A stretch of 14,605 nt of DNA from Tubiluchus corallicola (lineage: Eukaryota; Animalia; Priapulida). Each line of letters begins with the position of its first letter. The stretch's first letter is position 1. The translations under genes and the position numbers were made by a program. The stretch is from assembly GCA_030141605.1 (NCBI GenBank), contig JAQGDQ010002110.1, positions 1 to 14,605 of the forward strand, read 5' to 3'. The notes beneath the pieces are model-generated. The model worked only from the letters and a program-made list of their open reading frames with translations. It did not search any database and was not told the origin of the DNA. Below, piece by piece: positions 8,691-14,605 of the stretch.

Positions 8691-9234
8691 TTGTTGTTGT
8701 TGGCATGCTTCTGTCTCGGAAGACAATGGAGTGTGCGCCAAGAGAGTCAGTTATTGATCACATTGATGGAGCTGCAGCGTTGACTGTGGCTGAGCAGTGC
8801 GATCCTTGAACCACTGGAATGGCCTCTCCAGGGCGCATGCCTGGGCAAGGTGATGGAGATCCTGAGTTGCCCAGACAACAGGAACTCCCTCTTCCTTCCT
8901 GGTGTAGTCCAAAGGAAAGCGGAGCGATACGTTTGGCACCAGGTTGACTGCAGGAGCTGCCGGAGTCAGTGAGCATGCTGCACTGGTCCGCCTTCGGGGC
9001 TCCACTCCTCATTTGGAAGGTTTACTCCTCTACACATGGCCGTTGGGTCACTTGACCTCCTCTGCCCTCTAGCCGTTGGCTGCTTGTGCAGCTCCTCCGC
9101 CTAGTGTTGAGACACAGTGTGGGCATCCTGCTAGCCTACATCACCTGGTATTCCTAGGCGGTCACCCATCCAAGTACTAACCAGGCTCTATGTTGCTTAA
9201 CTTCAGTGATCAGACGAGAACCGGTGTTTTTAAC
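8691..9234 (-). mobile_element. 5S rRNA-derived SINE (SINE3) with GC-rich body and (CAA)n tail
   Basis: The - strand has a 5S head (9234-9133) lacking the oligo-T terminator, then a ~430-nt GC-rich body with no TTTT run, ending ...CACACTCCATTGTCTTCCGAGACAGAAGCATGC(CAA)4. A 19/20 direct repeat flanks it at 8654-8673 and 9234-9253. Confidence 0.8.
9133..9234 (-). pseudogene. 5'-truncated 5S rRNA-derived segment (SINE head)
   Basis: The reverse complement AAAACACCGGTTCTCGTCTGATCACTGAAGTTAAGCAACATAGAGCCTGGTTAGTACTTGGATGGGTGACCGCCTAGGAATACCAGGTGATGTAGGCT matches metazoan 5S, with box A and box C retained. About the first 17 nt are missing. Confidence 0.93.
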
Positions 9235-9784
9235 TCATTAACTACATAATTACCTAAATGTATATTCTAGTATAAGAGTGCAGGCAAGAAGTAGTTGGGA
9301 CAATTTCTAACATGTTTTAGAGAGTACGAAACTCTTGCACAGATAAATGGAGATATTAGTACTAACATTTATGACAGTAACTCAATACGACGTCTAACTT
9401 TTTCTCTTTTTTCTTTTTTTCTCCTCATCTCCTAAGTAATTGTTGCTCTTTCTCATACTTACTTTTTCTCATAAATTTTTCTATATTACACTTTTTTGAT
9501 TTTTTCTTTCCATACACTCAGTTTTTAACTTTACTCACTAACCTTGGTCAAATTCCCCTGTTAATAAGACCCCATTTGAAACTACTACATATAATAATCC
9601 TAATTACTGAATAATTGTATTGTTTTGTTTAGATTTAGGTATCCAACTTTATTATTTTTTGTTTTCAGTTCTTTTTGATAATTTGTATCATTTATACTGT
9701 TTTTATTATTATTTTTTCTTATTTGTTTTTGTTTTTGTTATCTGCAGCATCACCGTTAATTTTTAATATACTAATCTATTTATA

Positions 9785-9921
9785 AGAAAGGGCAGGAGAC
9801 TAGATGACCCTATGGTCCTTCCCTGCGCAGCTCCATGATTATAATTACTTAATATTTAAAAAACTTTTTGATGTTAAACTAATTGGAGAAAATAAATGTT
9901 CTATGTCTATGTCTATGTCTA
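9785..9921 (+). mobile_element. LINE-like (CR1/L2 group) 3' end remnant
   Basis: Nested stem-loop GCAGG..GACC-CTAT-GGTC..CCTGC (9792-9826), AATAAA at 9891-9896, and a (CTATGT)3 tail at 9901-9921. Confidence 0.55.
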
Positions 9922-10049
9922 ACAGATTTATTATTGTATCTCAACATGTTCGTCTAACATCGTACAATTGTTGTAAATAAGTAATTACATCATGATGTTT
10001 TAATCATTCGTTCTTTGCTTTTATGTATCTCTAGCTAGGAACTACAGAA

Positions 10050-10215
10050 AATCAATCAATCAATCAATTTATTTCACTCCAGCAATACATCAACATACAA
10101 TATTATTGAAACAAAAAGAAACAGTATAGGTAAAAAAACGTTCATGAAGTCAAATTAACCAAATTAAAAGAGTTGCTGTATGACACCTTGAAAGCTTGGC
10201 TTGTTAAGGTGGCAC
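10050..10215 (-). mobile_element. LINE-like (CR1/L2 group) 3' end remnant
   Basis: The - strand has a stem CACCTT..AAGGTG (10184-10211) enclosing ACAAGCCAAGCTTT, AATAAA at 10073-10068, then an (ATTG)4 tail. Confidence 0.55.
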
Positions 10216-10308
10216 AAATGAGTGAATGGAAGAATGGTTAGGGTTAGTAGACATTCCTAGGCAAAAGAATTATAGTTCCGCACACACGTGAAATTGATTC
10301 GTGAAGTG

Positions 10309-10994
10309 GATTAGGATTTGGGTTATGATTAGGATTAGGATTAGGGTTAAGGTTTTAAGGTTGGGGTTAGGGTTATAGTGTTAGGGTTAGGGTTATAGTG
10401 TTTGGGGTTAGAGTTGGGGTTAGTGTTAGAGTTAGTGTTAGTGTTAAGGTTAGGGTTAGTGTTAGGGTTAGGGTTAGTGTTAGAGTTAGGGTTAGTGTTA
10501 GGGTTAGGGTTAGGGCTAGGGCTAGGATTAGGGTTAGGGTTAGGGTTTGGGTTAGTGTTGGGGTTAGGGTTAGGGTTAGGATTAGGGTTAGGGTTAGTGT
10601 TAGGGTTAGGGTTAGGGTTAGTGTTAGGGTTAGGGTTAGGGTTAGAGTTAGAGTTAAGGTTAGAGTTAGTGTTAGGGTTAGGGCTAGGGTTAGGGTTAGA
10701 GTTAGAGTTAGGGTTAGGGTTAGTGTTAAGGTTAGAGTTAGTGTTAGGGTTAGTGTTAGGGCTAGGGTTAGGGTTAGAGTTAGGGTTAGGGTTAGTGTTA
10801 AGGTTAGAGTTAGTGTTAGGGTTAGTGTTAGGGTTAGGGTTAGTGTTAGGGTTAGGGTTATGGTTAGTGTTAGAGTTGGAGTTAGGTTAGTGTTAGGGCT
10901 AGGGTTAGGGTTAGGGCTAGAGTTAGCATTAGTGTTAGTGTTAGGGCTAGTGTTAGTGTTAGGGTTAGAGTTAGTGTTAGGGCTAGGGCTATGG
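10309..10994 (+). repeat. Interstitial telomere-like degenerate (TTAGGG)n array
   Basis: About 114 hexamers mixing TTAGGG, TTAGTG, TTAGAG, CTAGGG, TTAAGG and TTAGGA, with non-telomeric sequence on both sides. Confidence 0.95.
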
Positions 10995-11800
10995 CCGACA
11001 ATAAAAATACTTCTGTTTCCGTCTAATCGCCCATTGTGCACCCGGCCGGGAATTTTGTAATTTCTTTTGTACATTCATATACTTGCTTGACGCAGTCATA
11101 TAAAAGCAATTTAATTTTTAATTTAAAATGTAAAACTCGATAATTATTATAACATCATTCTTTTGGGAAACGCAGGATACAGCCATGTATGATGCTCATT
11201 GGAGGCTAAAAAAGTATGGAATTTTCCGCCGAATCAGTGCATTAACAGTAGTGTTGCCGCTTATACCATAATTATCAGAACATTCGCGTTCATGATGCAA
11301 AAAAGAGACCATACAATAATCAATAATTATCCGATAATTTAGTAATGTGAAAGTAAAAAACAAAGCGTCAAAAATGTGCATTGAAAAAATTCAAAACATT
11401 ACTGCTAACCAGTGGGAAATAAATAAACTTTGATTTCAACTGATTTTAAATATTCCATAATTCAACTTTAAACATTAGCAAAGCTTTAAAAAAATTTTCC
11501 TCCCTCCCTAGTGACATCTTTTGAGCTGATGAAGTAAGACAGAAACAATTTTTTTGTGGCCAGTCTAAGGTAGTTAAATTGTAAACTCCGTCCCATTTTT
11601 TCTACGAGTTTAACCATGTTTAAGTTTCACGAATATTTTTAAGTGAAATCTGTCAGAAATATAAATTAAAAATTCTCCCAGTTTTTGCTCACGTATCATC
11701 TGCTAAGCCTATTTAGTTGGTGGAATTACATTCAAGTTGGTGTTTGCATTTTTCCGATGATAGAGAGCGTTTATTACATCATCTTTTATGTCGCTGTATG

Positions 11801-11922
11801 TATTGTATGTGAGTCGTGTGTGTTGTATTGTATGTGAGTCGTGTGTGTTGTATTGTATGTGAGTCGTGTGTGTTGTATTGTATGTGAGTCGTGTGTGTTG
11901 TATTGTATGTGAGTCATGTGTG
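11801..11922 (+). repeat. 25-bp satellite, ~5 copies (left arm)
   Basis: TATTGTATGTGAGTCGTGTGTGTTG at 11801, 11826, 11851 and 11876, partial at 11901. Confidence 0.95.
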
Positions 11923-12274
11923 GCAGACCAATATCTACAGAAATACAATGATGTGTGAAATACACCTATATGTTTGCAATGGAGTCATGTGTGGCAAGAC
12001 CATACCTACAGAAATACAACGATGTGTGAAATACACCTATATCTTTGTAATGGAGTCGTGTGTGGTAGGACCAGTACCTATAGAATACAATGATATGTGA
12101 AATACACCTATATGTTTGCAATGGAGTCGTGTGTGGCAAGACCAGTACCTACAGAAATACAATGATGTGTGAAATACACCTATGTGTGTGCAATGGAGTC
12201 ACGTGTGGCAAGACCAGTACCTAGAGAATACAATGGTACGTCAAATACGCCTATATGTGTCCAATGGAGTCACG
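11911..12274 (+). repeat. 71-bp tandem repeat, 5 diverged copies
   Basis: GAGTC anchors at 11911, 11982, 12053, 12124, 12196 and 12267. Consensus is approximately GAGTCRTGTGTGGCAAGACCAGTACCTACAGAAATACAATGATGTGTGAAATACACCTATATGTTTGCAATG. Confidence 0.92.
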
Positions 12275-12354
12275 AATGATTAAACGGTCAACCGCCTCGG
12301 GTCTAGTTATTTTGGCTATAAAAATTTGAACAATTTGACAAAACTTATTTTCTC

Positions 12355-13855
12355 AAACACACGACTTACATACAATACAACATACACGACTCACATACAA
12401 TACAACACACACCACTCACATACAATACAACACACACGACTCACCTACAATACAACACACACGACTCACATACAATACAACACACACGACTCACATACAA
12501 TACAACACACACGACTCACATACAATACAACACACACGACTCACATACAATACAACACACGACTCACATACAATACAACACACACGACTCACATACAATA
12601 CAACACACACGACTCACATACAATACAACACACACGACTCACATACAATACAACACACACGACTCACATACAATACAACACACACGACTCACATACAATA
12701 CAACACACACGACTCACATACAATACAACACACACGACTCACATACAATACAACACACACGACTCACATACAATACAACACACACGACTCACATACAATA
12801 CAACACACACGACTCACATACAATACAACACACACGACTCACATACAATACAACACACACGACTCACATACAATACAACACACACGACTCACATACAATA
12901 CAACACACACGACTCACATACAATACAACACACACGACTCACATACAATACAACACACACGACTCACATACAATACAACACACACGACTCAGATACAATA
13001 CAACACACACGACTCACAAACAATACAACACACACGACTCACACACAATACAACACACACAACTCACATACAATACAACACACGACTCACATACAATACA
13101 ACACACACGACTTACACACAATACAACACACACCACTCAGATACAATACAACACACACGACTCACCTACAATACAACACACACGACTTACACGCAATACA
13201 ACACACACGACTCACATACAATACAACACACACGACTCACATACAATACAACACACACGACTCACATACAATACAACACACACGACTCACATACAATACA
13301 ACACACACGACTTACATGCAATACAACACACACGACTTACACGCAATACAACACACACGACTTACATACAATACAACACACACGACTTACATACAATACA
13401 ACACACACGACTTACATGCAATACAACACACACCACTCAGATACAATACAACACACACGACTCACAAACAATACAACACACACGACTCACAACACAATAC
13501 AACACACACGACTCCAAATACACACACGACTCACACAATACAACACACCAATCAATACTACACACACGACTCACACACAATACAACACACACGACTCACA
13601 TACAATACAACACACACGACTCACATACAATACAACACACACGACTCACATACAATACAACACACACGACTCACATACAATACAACACACACGACTCACA
13701 TACAATACAACACACGACTCATATACAATACAACACACACGACTCACATACAATACAACACACACGACTCACATACAATACAACACACACGACTCACATA
13801 CAATACAACACACACGACTCACATACAATACAACACACACGACTCACATACAATA
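12355..13855 (-). repeat. 25-bp satellite, ~60 copies (right arm, inverted)
   Basis: CAACACACACGACTCACATACAATA repeated over ~1.5 kb; it is the reverse complement of the 11801 unit. Confidence 0.97.
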
Positions 13856-14605
13856 CATACAGCGACATAAAAGATGATGTAATAAACGCTCTCTATCATC
13901 GGAAAAATGCAAACACCAACTTGAATGTAATTCCACCAACTAAATAGGCTTAGCAGATGATACGTGAGCAAAAACTGGGAGAATTTTTAATTTATATTTC
14001 TGACAGATTTCACTTAAAACATTCGTGAAACTTAAACATGGTTAAACTGGTAGAAAAAAGTTTACAATTTAAATACCTTAGACTGGCCACAAAAAAATTT
14101 GTTTCGGTTTTACCTCCTGAGCTCAAAAGATGTCAGTAGGAAGAAAGAACACTTTTTTTAAAGCTTTGTAAATGTTTAAAGCTAAATCGTAGAATATTTA
14201 AATTCAGTTGAATTCAAAGTTTGTTTATTTCCCACTGGCTAGCAATAATGTTTTAAGTTTTTTCAATAAACACTTTTCCACGCTTTGCTTTTTAGTTTCG
14301 CATTACTGATTTACCGTAAATTATCGATTATTGTATAGATTCTTTTTTGTACTCATGAATGCGTATGTTCTGATAATTATGGTATAAGTGGCAACACTAT
14401 TCAGCTGTTAATACACCAATTTGGTGGAAAATTGGATACTTTTAGCCTCCAATACAATGAACATCATACATGGCTGTATCCTGCGTTCCCCGAAAGAACA
14501 ATGTTATAATCATTATCGAGTTTTACGTTTTAAATTAAAAAACAAGCTTTTATATGACTGCGTCAAGCAAGTATATGAATGTACAAAAGAAATTACAAAA
14601 TTCCC

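Larger units (their letters stand above)
11048..14605. mobile_element. Foldback-like element or inverted duplication with ~750-bp arms and internal tandem arrays
   Basis: 11048-11800 is the reverse complement of 13856-14605. Both arms continue inward into the same 25-bp satellite in opposite orientations. No transposase ORF. The right boundary coincides with the window end, so the true termini and any TSD cannot be seen. Confidence 0.75.

Noticed and set aside
8751-9012. Two 84-aa ORFs
   Set aside because: They lie in the GC-rich SINE body where stops are rare; no recognisable domain.
9133-9234. Functional 5S rRNA gene
   Set aside because: The 5' ~17 nt are missing, there is no oligo-T terminator, and it is fused to a retroelement-like body.
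10309-10994. True chromosome end
   Set aside because: The array is highly degenerate and followed by 3.6 kb of non-telomeric sequence.
10373-11074. LT-, RV- and LG-repeat ORFs
   Set aside because: Artefacts of the TTAGGG-like hexamer array.
12326-13877. 514-aa and 153-aa T/H/Q-rich ORFs
   Set aside because: They are translations of the stop-free 25-bp satellite, cycling through frames; there is no independent coding evidence.

Overview
AT-rich eukaryotic DNA, most likely from an invertebrate animal (invertebrate-type 5S rRNA sequence, TTAGGG-type repeats, GT-AG exon). The window looks mostly intronic. It holds one internal + strand exon (6342-6502, missed by the ORF track) encoding half a PLAT/LH2 domain of a LOXHD1-like gene. 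An intact, intronless ankyrin-repeat plus SOCS-box gene (2754-3887, - strand) appears to be nested in the upstream intron. The rest is mobile and repeat DNA: a decayed LINE reverse-transcriptase relic, a hAT-type MITE, head-to-tail non-autonomous Helitrons, a 5S-derived SINE3 with a (CAA)n tail, two LINE-like 3' tails, and 17-, 34-, 54-, 71- and 25-bp tandem arrays. There is also an interstitial telomere-like array with a 72-bp higher-order period, and a ~3.56-kb foldback-like structure whose ~750-bp inverted arms enclose an asymmetrically amplified 25-bp satellite. There is no CRISPR or prokaryotic system, and most long ORFs in the track are repeat artefacts. No database searches were run: family assignments rest on motif recognition, and novelty is unverified.
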